From a virus (lineage: Duplodnaviria > Caudoviricetes), in the IMG/VR virus record IMGVR_UViG_3300028596_000001: a stretch of DNA of 64,000 nucleotides. One strand, given 5' to 3'. The notes below the pieces were generated by a model. It was not told the DNA's origin and searched no databases. It saw only the letters and a program-made list of their open reading frames with translations. A program made the translations under genes and the position numbers. Positions 48,878-57,947 of the stretch are shown one piece after another; the stretch's first letter is position 1; each line of letters opens with the position of its first letter.

Positions 48878-50449
48878 TTATTCTGGATCTTTTACTTCTA
48901 CTACGTCTTGCACAGGCTCTTTCACCTGACGGATGCTACCGATCGCGATACCGTCGCTCATATCCGCTACAACCCGGTGGGTGTACGGACGGATGTACGG
49001 GCTCTTCAGGTTGATCATGTACATGTACAGGATTTCCATGAAGCGGTCGGTGTGGATGTCGTAGATCGACTTCTTGAAGTTCAGCTCGTCGATCACCAGC
49101 GGCACAGGAGGCATGCCATCGTCTTGATACTGGTAAACCTTCCAGGTGCTCAGGTCGAGACCGATGTTGCCACCGTGGTTGTTCAGAGCCACTACGATGT
49201 CGTTAGCGATCTTTTCGACGTAACCCTTGACGTCAGACGGCTGCATCAGGTAAAGCTCTTTGATCAAGTGGCTGGAGGCCAGGAGACGTTCTTTCAGAGC
49301 ACGCAGCCACAGATTGTCGGCATACGGATGATCCGGCAGCTCTTTGCTGGTTTCCAGGATCAGTTGGTTGATCCAATCCTGGGTCTTCTTGATCTTGCGC
49401 ACCAGCACAACCACCGAGTTACCATCCTGGTGCCAGTCTTCCAGGTTGATCGGGTTTTCACCCAGGTGGTATTCACCGTTCTCCAGCTTGGCAGGAACTT
49501 TGTCCAGACCAACGACGATACCGTTAAGTTCCTTGTTGCCCTTGAACACCAGAACCAGGTTGTGGTCGCGCTTCTTGACCTTGGTCGCCAGCTTCTCGCC
49601 GTACTTGGTCGCCAGAGCGATGTAACGGTCGAAACGAGCCTGGAAGGTTTCGATGGTGTTGTCGATCAGTTCGAAGTCGCCGTTGAGCAGGCCGTCGTAG
49701 GGGTGGGTGGTCTCGGTACGACGGATCCAGGACAATGGCCATTCCTGGGATAGCTGGGTGATACGACGGCGCATACCGGACTCTTGCAGTTCCGGGGTGT
49801 TGTTTTCTTCGCGGCACCAGTCAATAGCGTTCTGCTGACGTACCACAGACTTGATACCGTCAAACCAGGAATTGATGAAGTACACATAACTATCTGCGCG
49901 CAGGCAGAAGGTCATTGGGTTTCTGTGGTCGCCCTCGAAGCGGATGTAGGTAACCGGGCAGGCGCCTTTGTAACCCTGGTAGACCATCACGCACCCGACA
50001 GCGTGAGCGTTTGGCTTGACAGTGGTAAGGAAGTTGTGGAGAGCCATCGCCACCTTCATGTGGTGCATGACCCGTTCACCATCCGCCTTGATGGTGTCCT
50101 GGTATTCATCGTCGCTGTTATCCAGGAACTGGATTTTCAGGAACTGGATGGCGGAGATAACGTCCGGAGTAAATGGATAGTAGTGGTCGAAACTACCAAA
50201 ATCCATGTTGCTGACGAAGAAAGGATCTACGTACTCATGGACATTACCCGCCCACTGGTAAGCACCACCAACGATTCCTTCAGCGATTTCTTCAGCTTTA
50301 GCGACCGCTACCGCCTCAGGAGAAGTTTCCGGGAACCGCGGCAGACCGGGCATTCCGCCGTAGTTGGGATCGACCACCGGTTTGACAGAAGGATCCAGCG
50401 CCTCTTCGAAAGGATCGCGAGGGGTTTCTTTGTTCGGAGTATCAGACAT
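48878..50449 (-). CDS. Hypothetical protein
   Basis: Likely start MSDTPNKE at 50449 (AAGGA RBS); strongly C/G-ending codons. Confidence 0.65.
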   Translation of the reverse strand: MSDTPNKETPRDPFEEALDPSVKPVVDPNYGGMPGLPRFPETSPEAVAVAKAEEIAEGIVGGAYQWAGNVHEYVDPFFVSNMDFGSFDHYYPFTPDVISAIQFLKIQFLDNSDDEYQDTIKADGERVMHHMKVAMALHNFLTTVKPNAHAVGCVMVYQGYKGACPVTYIRFEGDHRNPMTFCLRADSYVYFINSWFDGIKSVVRQQNAIDWCREENNTPELQESGMRRRITQLSQEWPLSWIRRTETTHPYDGLLNGDFELIDNTIETFQARFDRYIALATKYGEKLATKVKKRDHNLVLVFKGNKELNGIVVGLDKVPAKLENGEYHLGENPINLEDWHQDGNSVVVLVRKIKKTQDWINQLILETSKELPDHPYADNLWLRALKERLLASSHLIKELYLMQPSDVKGYVEKIANDIVVALNNHGGNIGLDLSTWKVYQYQDDGMPPVPLVIDELNFKKSIYDIHTDRFMEILYMYMINLKSPYIRPYTHRVVADMSDGIAIGSIRQVKEPVQDVVEVKDPE

Positions 50450-50717
50450 CTTCTTTTTCCTTAGCCATGGTGTAAGCGGTTGGGTACAAAGTAAACTTGG
50501 TGTTGCTGCCTTCACTCGGGCTTACATAAACGATCCCGGTGTCAAATTTCTTGTCGACGTGAGCACGAGACAAATCTGGATAATGTTCGTTGATGTTCTT
50601 CACATCTTTTTGACTGAGCCAGTATTGATATCGTTCATTGGTCTCAGTGTAGATGGTAAACGACATACCTTCTTGATACTCGCCGCCCACCTTATGTACA
50701 GCAAGTGAAGCTGACAT
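50442..50717 (-). CDS. Small hypothetical protein (start uncertain, 50717 or 50807)
   Basis: Stop overlaps the start of the downstream gene. Confidence 0.5.
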   Translation of the reverse strand: MSASLAVHKVGGEYQEGMSFTIYTETNERYQYWLSQKDVKNINEHYPDLSRAHVDKKFDTGIVYVSPSEGSNTKFTLYPTAYTMAKEKEDV

Positions 50718-50833
50718 AGTTCTGGTAACTTCTATGTCTCCTTGCTCCAATGCTACACGAAACAGAATTCGAAAACTGGTCAAATCCAATTGATCAGGGA
50801 ATACCATCTCTTACTCCTTTAAAAGGACTTACT

Positions 50834-53617
50834 ATGTTTGATTTGTTTTCGGTAAAGGTAAAACAAACAGGTAATTATGTTCATATCACCGGCGTGCCAT
50901 TCAACCTTTTCCAAGTCGACATCGGTAAACTATACAATACTTCCCTAGTTACCAAATGGATGATTCGGCGTGAATCGTGGAACACTATCAAGGTCCACAA
51001 CTTCTTTCTGGTCGAACTCAAAGAGATCCTGAAAGAACTCCTGATGATGTCTAATCTCAGGAGCCGGAGACGAGATCTTAATGATCTTAAATTGCTCCTA
51101 GAATCAGAGACTTGGTTAAAGGATACTGTGAACCCAGTAGGAAGAACCTTTGACTTTAAGAAGCTGAGCCGGTTCAACACCACTCTGTTCCCCAAGCAAC
51201 GCGAGTTCCTGGAACAGTACCCGATTATCGTCAGCAGCTACCACTTGAAAGGTTTGTTGCTGGATAGCGCGGTAGGTAGTGGTAAGGCAATGCCCTACAG
51301 CACGCCAGTGAAGGTTCCTGGCGGCTGGAGTACACTTGGCGAACTCAGTGTAGCGGATAAGGTGATCGGTCCTCAGGGGAACGTTGCGGAGGTTACAGCG
51401 ATATACCCACAGGGTGTAACCGATTGCTACAAGTTCCTCTTCGAAGACGGACGGGTAGCCGAGTCTCACCCATTGCACCAATGGGAAGTTTACGAAGACA
51501 ACCAAGGTGAGTCTTACGTTACTACTACCCAAGACATCATCAACCACTTCAACGAGTTCGAGTACTCCATTCCTTTGGTCGGTCGGATCAGTGGTGTGGA
51601 AGCACGTCTCAGTGAAGAAGAGTTGGCTAGCGCAGCCATAGGCTTGCTGAGCGGTGACCTGGAGGTACGTGGGGTAGTAGAAGAACTCCACTACGAAGAC
51701 CGCCTGGAAATCGTCCACATCATGATGGAGTACGAGGGCGGGACTTACAGTGAAACCGGCGTTACCTTCCTCACCAAGAAAGAGGTAGCGGCAGATAACC
51801 TACAGCAGTTGATCTGGAGTCTGGGTGGTATTGCCTTTAAACAAGGTGACGGTACTTACACTGTTGATATCAAACAACGTGACATCCGTAACCACGGTAA
51901 TATCGTAAGCGACACGATTATCCAGAACACCAAAAGCCTGAAGATTATCGGCATTACCAAAGAGGCTCCTGTAGAGACACTGTGTATCTCCATCGACAGC
52001 GAAGATTGCTTGTACATCGTCGACAACTGGGTAGTCACCCACAACACCTTTACCGCCATCTGCTGGGCCGAGCTGGTCACAGATAACAAGAAGATCGTGG
52101 TGTGCCCGCTCAACATCGTCGAGAAGGTCTGGGTTACCGAATTGCACAAGCATTACAAGAACCCTCCACGTATTTGGCGAAGCGACGGCAACCGTGCACT
52201 GACCGCCGACTATGACTGGTATATCGTGCATTACGACTACCTACAACGAGAAGGGTACGAAATACTCAAACGCTTCCTGGAGAACCTCAAGGCAAAACCG
52301 GTTTGCATCATCGATGAATCTCACAACATGAATGAGATCAAGGCCAAGCGTACCCAACGCATGATTGAACTGGCCGATGCGAACGTATTCCAAGATATGT
52401 TGCCTATGTCTGGAACCGCCCTGAAGGCTCAAGGTAGCGAGATCTTCCCAATCGTGTGCATGATTGACAGACACTTCGATCGGGTCGCCAGAGAGTTCTT
52501 TATGGCCTCCTATGGCCGTAATAGACCAGCATTGATCAAGTTGTTGGAACACCGTATCGGTCGTGGCAAGTTTACCATCCCCGAACTCAAAGGTTTGGGC
52601 AAGCCGCCACCCTTCGAGATCATCAAGATCAAGGTACCTGGAGCAGAACGCTTTACGTTGGACGCCATTCGTTTGCAAATGCAGACGTACATCAACGACC
52701 GGCTAGCCTTCTACCACAAGAACCTACCAGAGATGATCAGGTTCTACCAAGACACTGTCGAGGCCTATGCCAAAAGTGTTAAGGACCAAAAGAAAGAAAC
52801 CCAAGAGTTGCTGCGTTATAAAGAGATCGTCAACAGATTCAGGAGCAAGGGCTACAACAACTTCACTGACTCTAGCGATAGCATCTTTTGTAAGTCCGTG
52901 GAAGAACGGATTGAAAAGCGCCTCAAGGGTAAAGAGCTGGCTGATTTCCGTAACGTTAAGTCTGCGGTTAAATACCTCGGTCTGAAACTGCGCGGGGAAG
53001 CCCTGGGTAACGTTCTTGGTAAGGCCCGGATTGACGCAATCAAATCCATGATTGAGTTCGCTGGGTTGCCGGAGATGATCAACAACGTGGAGAAGAAGAC
53101 GCTGATCTTCACCAGTTACGTTGAGGCGCTCCAGCTTACCGAAAACTACCTGACAGCCCAAGGCTTTAAACCTGTTACCGTCTATGGGGAAAACAACCAT
53201 GAGCGTGAGGCTACTGTTAAGCGGTTTGAGTTGGAGCCAGATGTAAACCCGCTCTCCTCGACTTACAAAAGCCTTAAAGAAGGTTATCCGCTAATCATGG
53301 CTAACCAGCTAATCTCCCTGGACGCCCCTTTCCGGGATTACGAGATTCAACAAGTGCAAGGTCGGATTTGGCGTACAGGCCAAGACGCCCAGTGCTTCTT
53401 CAAGATGCTCGACATGGATACCGGTGACAAACTGAACATCACCACTCGTAGTCTGGATATCTTGAGCTGGAGTAAAGAGCAAGTTGATTTGCTTCTCGGA
53501 CGTGTTGAAGGGCACGCCATCTTGAACAACATCACCGGACAGGAGATGTGGGACATGGGCTTTGAACCAGCTACCCGACCAATTAAAGCCACTGGGACAG
53601 CAATGGCTGTTTTCTAA
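50834..53617 (+). CDS. SF2/SNF2-like helicase (phiKZ gp203-like), intein-containing
   Basis: ATG at 50834 after AAGGA. GSGK|intein|T Walker A, IIDESH Walker B, MSGT motif III, QVQGRIWRTGQ motif VI. Confidence 0.88.
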   Translation: MFDLFSVKVKQTGNYVHITGVPFNLFQVDIGKLYNTSLVTKWMIRRESWNTIKVHNFFLVELKEILKELLMMSNLRSRRRDLNDLKLLLESETWLKDTVNPVGRTFDFKKLSRFNTTLFPKQREFLEQYPIIVSSYHLKGLLLDSAVGSGKAMPYSTPVKVPGGWSTLGELSVADKVIGPQGNVAEVTAIYPQGVTDCYKFLFEDGRVAESHPLHQWEVYEDNQGESYVTTTQDIINHFNEFEYSIPLVGRISGVEARLSEEELASAAIGLLSGDLEVRGVVEELHYEDRLEIVHIMMEYEGGTYSETGVTFLTKKEVAADNLQQLIWSLGGIAFKQGDGTYTVDIKQRDIRNHGNIVSDTIIQNTKSLKIIGITKEAPVETLCISIDSEDCLYIVDNWVVTHNTFTAICWAELVTDNKKIVVCPLNIVEKVWVTELHKHYKNPPRIWRSDGNRALTADYDWYIVHYDYLQREGYEILKRFLENLKAKPVCIIDESHNMNEIKAKRTQRMIELADANVFQDMLPMSGTALKAQGSEIFPIVCMIDRHFDRVAREFFMASYGRNRPALIKLLEHRIGRGKFTIPELKGLGKPPPFEIIKIKVPGAERFTLDAIRLQMQTYINDRLAFYHKNLPEMIRFYQDTVEAYAKSVKDQKKETQELLRYKEIVNRFRSKGYNNFTDSSDSIFCKSVEERIEKRLKGKELADFRNVKSAVKYLGLKLRGEALGNVLGKARIDAIKSMIEFAGLPEMINNVEKKTLIFTSYVEALQLTENYLTAQGFKPVTVYGENNHEREATVKRFELEPDVNPLSSTYKSLKEGYPLIMANQLISLDAPFRDYEIQQVQGRIWRTGQDAQCFFKMLDMDTGDKLNITTRSLDILSWSKEQVDLLLGRVEGHAILNNITGQEMWDMGFEPATRPIKATGTAMAVF
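51287..52045 (+). mobile_element. Class 3 intein (Ala1, WCT triplet), 253 aa, with degenerate LAGLIDADG region
   Basis: Starts AMPYSTPV; block B HPLHQW; block F TLCISI; block G VVTHN|T. Removal restores GSGKT. Confidence 0.9.
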
Positions 53618-53637
53618 CCACAACTGGAGTTAAAAGA

Positions 53638-54723
53638 ATGACTGACGTAATGGCCCTTGTAGAAGGCTACGAAGGATACATCGATCCAGAACATTTTGAA
53701 CATGTGATGGATGGTGTTATCGACACGGTTGCTGGCGCTGAAAGTCTGAACGGGACTTACACTTGGGCGCAGAACTACCTGTACGGCTGCCTGGACGCCT
53801 CGGATGTCCTGAAAGAGCAGAAGATCGGTGGTATGGAAAACATGATCACCGACGGCCTGAAGGCCATGTGGGATTACATCGTCAGACTGTTCAAGAACAT
53901 CTGGGGCTTCTTCTTTGGTAGCGGCGATGATAGCGCTGGCGGTAGTGTTGCCAAAGCCGAGAAGAAAGTTAAGGAAAACAAAGCAGAGCTCGAAGAAACC
54001 GTTGCTCCGAAAAACGAAGAGCAAGTCAAGAAAGCAACTGGCCGAATCAAGGCTAAAGCGGCAAAGATCAAAAACGATCCTAAAGCCTCTAGCGCAGATA
54101 AGGCCAAGGCCGAGAAGATCCATCAGCGTATCGTCGATTCCGCTACCGGCAAAGGCAACGAGCCAAAAGGCGCTGCAATGCGGGAGATGTTGGTAGAACT
54201 GGCTACTGCTACCCAGGAAGCAGATACTCAGAAGCTGCAGGGTGCTCTTGATGGTCTCGATGCCCGAGTCAAGACCATTATCAAGATGTATACCGTCGGT
54301 AGCAAAACCGACCACGCCGGTGAAGTTAAAGATACCCAACTGGCTATGAAGTACCAAGGGGAACGTAATACCCTCGGTGAAACCTTCCAGCGTCTGATGG
54401 ATAGCTCAGGGTACAAGGCTTTGATGAAAGCGTCTACCCTGGACCAGCTGCTTGCAGGGCAGAAAGAAATCCTGACCATGCTGGAAACAGCCAAAGCTAA
54501 TAATGAGTACTATAAACGTCAGAAGAATGACGCTGACCGCGAAGTAGGTGCTTTGAAATCTTTGATGTCAATCGGCACCCCTAGCGAAGAACTCAAGCAG
54601 AAGCTCCGCGAAATGAAAACTTGGGGTAGCTTGATCTTCTCCGCCAAGCAACAAATGGAACTGTACGTCAAAGCCTGTGAAAAGGTTAGCGACGCACTTA
54701 ACGTTTACGCAGGCGTGAAATAA
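53638..54723 (+). CDS. Inner-head/ejection protein, paralog B
   Basis: PEHF, GAESL..TYT.AQ.YLY.CL, GME and W..FFGSG blocks shared with 47671..48816. Confidence 0.7.
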   Translation: MTDVMALVEGYEGYIDPEHFEHVMDGVIDTVAGAESLNGTYTWAQNYLYGCLDASDVLKEQKIGGMENMITDGLKAMWDYIVRLFKNIWGFFFGSGDDSAGGSVAKAEKKVKENKAELEETVAPKNEEQVKKATGRIKAKAAKIKNDPKASSADKAKAEKIHQRIVDSATGKGNEPKGAAMREMLVELATATQEADTQKLQGALDGLDARVKTIIKMYTVGSKTDHAGEVKDTQLAMKYQGERNTLGETFQRLMDSSGYKALMKASTLDQLLAGQKEILTMLETAKANNEYYKRQKNDADREVGALKSLMSIGTPSEELKQKLREMKTWGSLIFSAKQQMELYVKACEKVSDALNVYAGVK

Positions 54724-54738
54724 AAAAAAAATAGTCAG

Positions 54739-54778
54739 GTAAACCTACCTCTAGCCCTAGGGCTAGAGGTAGGTTTAC
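54739..54778. terminator. 40-nt perfect palindrome between convergent genes
   Basis: GTAAACCTACCTCTAGCCCTAGGGCTAGAGGTAGGTTTAC. Confidence 0.85.
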
Positions 54779-54945
54779 TTGTCTGGATGTTTCTTAAACG
54801 CGCTTACCAAAGCAGCGTATTGCTTTACTTGAGCTTCCACCAAATAGACTAAATCTTTGTCTGAATTGGGTGACAACTTAGCGCGATGATCGAGAGCCTC
54901 TTCCATGTGATGGACTGCTTCCTCGTAAGTCATACGCCTTCTCAC
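54775..54945 (-). CDS. Small 56-aa protein missed by the ORF track
   Basis: AGGAG RBS then GTG: (M)RRRMTYEEAVHHMEEALDHRAKLSPNSDKDLVYLVEAQVKQYAALVSAFKKHPDK*. Confidence 0.55.
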   Translation of the reverse strand: MRRRMTYEEAVHHMEEALDHRAKLSPNSDKDLVYLVEAQVKQYAALVSAFKKHPDK

Positions 54946-54962
54946 AACAGTCTCCTTGCTTT

Positions 54963-55307
54963 TTAAGCGACAGTGACTTTGTCGATGCTGCGTTGCAGGA
55001 TTTCCACGCTCACCACGCGACCTTGCAGAGGACCCGATGCAAAAGACTCCAGGTCCCTCATCAGTTTGGCCGCTCTGATAACCCCGGCGATGTCGGTGGA
55101 ATAGATAACGAAATCTTCTTCCTTGGCGGTGTCACTCACGGTCACCCAAAACGAGTGATCGAATTTATCTGGGGCAAACGTTTCAACACCTTCGGGAATA
55201 ACCCCCAGTGCATTGAGGTCTTCAATAAGACCGATGAAGGTGGTGCCTTGAACCAGAACACCAACCATTTTCTTACGACGCTGCTCTGCTCTGCTTCTGA
55301 ACATCAT
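54963..55307 (-). CDS. Small hypothetical early protein
   Basis: 114 aa, ATGA-coupled, GAGG RBS. Confidence 0.6.
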   Translation of the reverse strand: MMFRSRAEQRRKKMVGVLVQGTTFIGLIEDLNALGVIPEGVETFAPDKFDHSFWVTVSDTAKEEDFVIYSTDIAGVIRAAKLMRDLESFASGPLQGRVVSVEILQRSIDKVTVA

Positions 55308-55651
55308 TCCTCTCCTTTATTAAGCGTTACTTTGGACAGCCCGTTTATATTGATGGTCAAACCACCGTTAAAGTCTGTACCCATAGTGCCACTACGGCTC
55401 CATGCGATGTACTTCGTACAGAAGGTGTAAGGCTCTTTTAACTTATCAGTTAATTTAAGCGCTTCATCGGTTACCTTCAAATACTTCTTGTAGATAACCA
55501 TGCCAGCCTTACGTGCTACAGATCCTACAACAGCATCAGGGTGTTTAGCCCTGTATGCGTTGTATTCGTCCATGATCTCTTCAGATTCCTTTAAAAGTTT
55601 CTGGATCTTGGCACGGATCTGGCGTTCGGCGAAATCAATTACGACGCCCAT
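55304..55651 (-). CDS. Small hypothetical early protein (VIDF N-terminus)
   Basis: 115 aa. Confidence 0.6.
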   Translation of the reverse strand: MGVVIDFAERQIRAKIQKLLKESEEIMDEYNAYRAKHPDAVVGSVARKAGMVIYKKYLKVTDEALKLTDKLKEPYTFCTKYIAWSRSGTMGTDFNGGLTININGLSKVTLNKGEE

Positions 55652-55659
55652 AGAGACAC

Positions 55660-55857
55660 CTACAGTTCGAATTCCACTTCGAGAGCTTCGATCAGTTCTT
55701 CGAAGCCATCACACGGATCGGTCAACAGTTCGTCGTGATCCCAGGCTTGCCACTTGTCAGCGGTTGGATCGAAATCCAGACTGAGGGGGATGTGGTCTTC
55801 GCGAGCACGATCTTGAATTGCTTTGAAACGATCTTCCAACGATTTCTTATTACTCAC
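55660..55857 (-). CDS. Small acidic protein, paralog of 10012..10251
   Basis: 65 aa with AGGAG RBS. Confidence 0.65.
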   Translation of the reverse strand: MSNKKSLEDRFKAIQDRAREDHIPLSLDFDPTADKWQAWDHDELLTDPCDGFEELIEALEVEFEL

Positions 55858-55869
55858 ATCAATTACTCC

Positions 55870-56214
55870 TTAGCTAGCTTTCTTCATAGCGGAATTAACC
55901 AACGGGCTATTCCAGTTAGCGTCTTCGGTCATGAGTTTAAGCAGTGACGGACTGGCCTTAACCAGCGGGTTCATGTCCACCTCAAATCGCCCACCTTTGC
56001 GGACATGCAACACACCCAACTGGAAACCGAGTTCCGTGCTACTGAACTCAATGAAGTCACCTTCGTTACAGTAGTTGATTGCCAGTTGCAACATGCGAGG
56101 CATCGCGGTGTCGAAGTAACTATAGCGACGAACCATGATTACTTCCTTGGACTTGCCACGAGTCATTGTGGCAACAACACGACGCTTCACAGGGTTGTTA
56201 ATTGCTTTACTCAT
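55870..56214 (-). CDS. Small hypothetical protein
   Basis: 114 aa with AAGGT RBS. Confidence 0.6.
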   Translation of the reverse strand: MSKAINNPVKRRVVATMTRGKSKEVIMVRRYSYFDTAMPRMLQLAINYCNEGDFIEFSSTELGFQLGVLHVRKGGRFEVDMNPLVKASPSLLKLMTEDANWNSPLVNSAMKKAS

Positions 56215-56239
56215 ACCGAATACCTTACTATAATGTACA

Positions 56240-56259
56240 AAGGAAAAGTCCCGAAGGAC
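56240..56259 (-). terminator. Canonical intrinsic terminator (UUCG hairpin plus U-tract)
   Basis: Minus strand GTCC-TTCG-GGAC-TTTTCCTTT. Confidence 0.6.
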
Positions 56260-56264
56260 CAGAT

Positions 56265-56546
56265 TTATTTCTGACGCTTGAACAGCGACTTAACGATCCG
56301 CCACCAGGTAGGCTTGTTTATCTTTTCGCGGCACTCGTCGGCAATCGTGCGGTAAGGCTGGATGATCTTGTCAAGGAAATCGGCCTTCTCACGCAACTCC
56401 TTGGCTCGCTCCCAATCCGACGTGTCCCTGGTATATCGTGATTCACGATCGTTGGCTTCAGCACGCAGTTCTTTGATTTCGACCTCTACCGGACCAATGA
56501 TAGAGTTCATCAGTTCCAATCGATCACGCCATACTGCACGACTCAC
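56265..56546 (-). CDS. Small helical-hairpin early protein
   Basis: 93 aa, overlapping the upstream stop. Confidence 0.6.
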   Translation of the reverse strand: MSRAVWRDRLELMNSIIGPVEVEIKELRAEANDRESRYTRDTSDWERAKELREKADFLDKIIQPYRTIADECREKINKPTWWRIVKSLFKRQK

Positions 56547-56755
56547 CGCATGATCCCCAGCTTACGAGAACGCTCTGCCACTTCCATCTTCAATTCCAGC
56601 GAGCGAATAACCGCACGCTCACGCTCACGGACACTGGGCGAAGTATGGAGCAGACGATCGCACTCAGCAATTTGCCGTTTAAGCGATTCGATGGTTTGCA
56701 GTTCACCGATATTGCGGCGACGTTTGAAAGCTACGAAATCTACTACTTGACCCAT
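56543..56755 (-). CDS. Small basic early protein (VVDF N-terminus)
   Basis: 70 aa with GGAG RBS. Confidence 0.6.
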   Translation of the reverse strand: MGQVVDFVAFKRRRNIGELQTIESLKRQIAECDRLLHTSPSVRERERAVIRSLELKMEVAERSRKLGIMR

Positions 56756-56767
56756 GGCACTACTCCG

Positions 56768-57070
56768 TTAGATAGAACTGCATGGGGTGAAGTCGTCATG
56801 GAACGCGTATTCCCCCAGCAAGGTTTCAAGAGCACTGATAACACCGTTGCCTTCAGCTACAGCCAGATCAGCAATCTGTTTAAGTCGCTCGTGGTCCTTG
56901 GCAATCACCTGGATGTTCTCCCAGTGAACCAGCGCTGCTTTCTGGGAGTTGATAGTTACCCAGATAAGATCAGCGATCACCGCGTTAGGTAGTTCACCGT
57001 ATTCAGTGAGCTTCCTGTTTACCAACCGTTTGGCCTTAGCACGCCAAAAGTCCAGAACTTTAGCAGTCAT
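56768..57070 (-). CDS. Small early protein (VLDF N-terminus)
   Basis: 100 aa with GAGGA RBS. Confidence 0.6.
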   Translation of the reverse strand: MTAKVLDFWRAKAKRLVNRKLTEYGELPNAVIADLIWVTINSQKAALVHWENIQVIAKDHERLKQIADLAVAEGNGVISALETLLGEYAFHDDFTPCSSI

Positions 57071-57317
57071 GGTCTTTCCTCATCCACGGACAACTCGGAG
57101 CAATATAAGCCTGGGGGTATTTGTCCCAGAACTCACCCTTTACTTCATCGGCACGATTAATCAGTGCCTGGGCTTGCTGATGTAGCGCAGAAGCCATTGC
57201 AGGGGTACTACAGCACGCGCTCCTTGCGAACAACAGATTACCTTCACCAGTGAGTGCATAGACCTGGGAGGTCAACCGTGCGCGTTCACGTGCTTCTTCA
57301 ACTTTAACCGAATCCAT
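57060..57317 (-). CDS. Small helical-hairpin early protein
   Basis: Likely start MDSVKV at 57317 after AGGAG; paralog of 57331..57579. Confidence 0.6.
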   Translation of the reverse strand: MDSVKVEEARERARLTSQVYALTGEGNLLFARSACCSTPAMASALHQQAQALINRADEVKGEFWDKYPQAYIAPSCPWMRKDHDC

Positions 57318-57330
57318 CCCAACCAACTCC

Positions 57331-57579
57331 TTAAACGTAGTAGCGTTTGTGGTACATAGCAAAATAAGTAAGATTGACTTCCATGCGACGCATGTTCATA
57401 TCTTTCTTAAGCGCGTCACCTTGCATCAAGAGAGCATGACGTTCAGCGGGATCAGTACACTCAGTAGATCGAATGTAGTAATCATGAACCCGGCTTGCAA
57501 ATTCTTCGGCGATTGCCAATTGGGTTTCAAACTTACCTTTCAGGATTTCGTATTCAGATTTCTGTTTACGGGCAGCCAT
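57331..57579 (-). CDS. Small helical-hairpin early protein
   Basis: 82 aa with AAGGA RBS. Confidence 0.6.
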   Translation of the reverse strand: MAARKQKSEYEILKGKFETQLAIAEEFASRVHDYYIRSTECTDPAERHALLMQGDALKKDMNMRRMEVNLTYFAMYHKRYYV

Positions 57580-57603
57580 GTTGTTTCCTTACCTAGCACA
57601 GTG

Positions 57604-57622
57604 GGGGAGGGAAAGCCTCCCC
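57604..57622. terminator. 7-bp GC hairpin
   Basis: GGGGAGG-GAAAG-CCTCCCC. Confidence 0.45.
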
Positions 57623-57636
57623 GAATTAATAAACGA

Positions 57637-57888
57637 TTACTTCATCTCGTCAAGTTGGCGCTGGAGCTCAGCGGCCTTCTTGAGTTCTTCCTGAGCAAAC
57701 CCGTTGGCGATAAACTTGTCCGCCTTGTTGTCAGACTTGTTGCCGACTTCGGTGTAGATCTCGGCTTGCTGTTTGTGCGTTTCAATTGCACGACGCAGAC
57801 TGATCATCTGCCCACGCTTGATAGAAGCAGTACGACGTTCAGCTTTACGAGCCAGTTCGAGATCGTTGATACCGGTTACTTTGCACAT
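57637..57888 (-). CDS. Small helical early protein, first gene after an early promoter
   Basis: Start MCKVT at 57888 after AGGAG. Confidence 0.65.
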   Translation of the reverse strand: MCKVTGINDLELARKAERRTASIKRGQMISLRRAIETHKQQAEIYTEVGNKSDNKADKFIANGFAQEELKKAAELQRQLDEMK

Positions 57889-57947
57889 GGTGTTACTCCT
57901 GTTGGTGTGTGGGTAGTTTAAACAAACTACCATTACGTGTCAACAGG

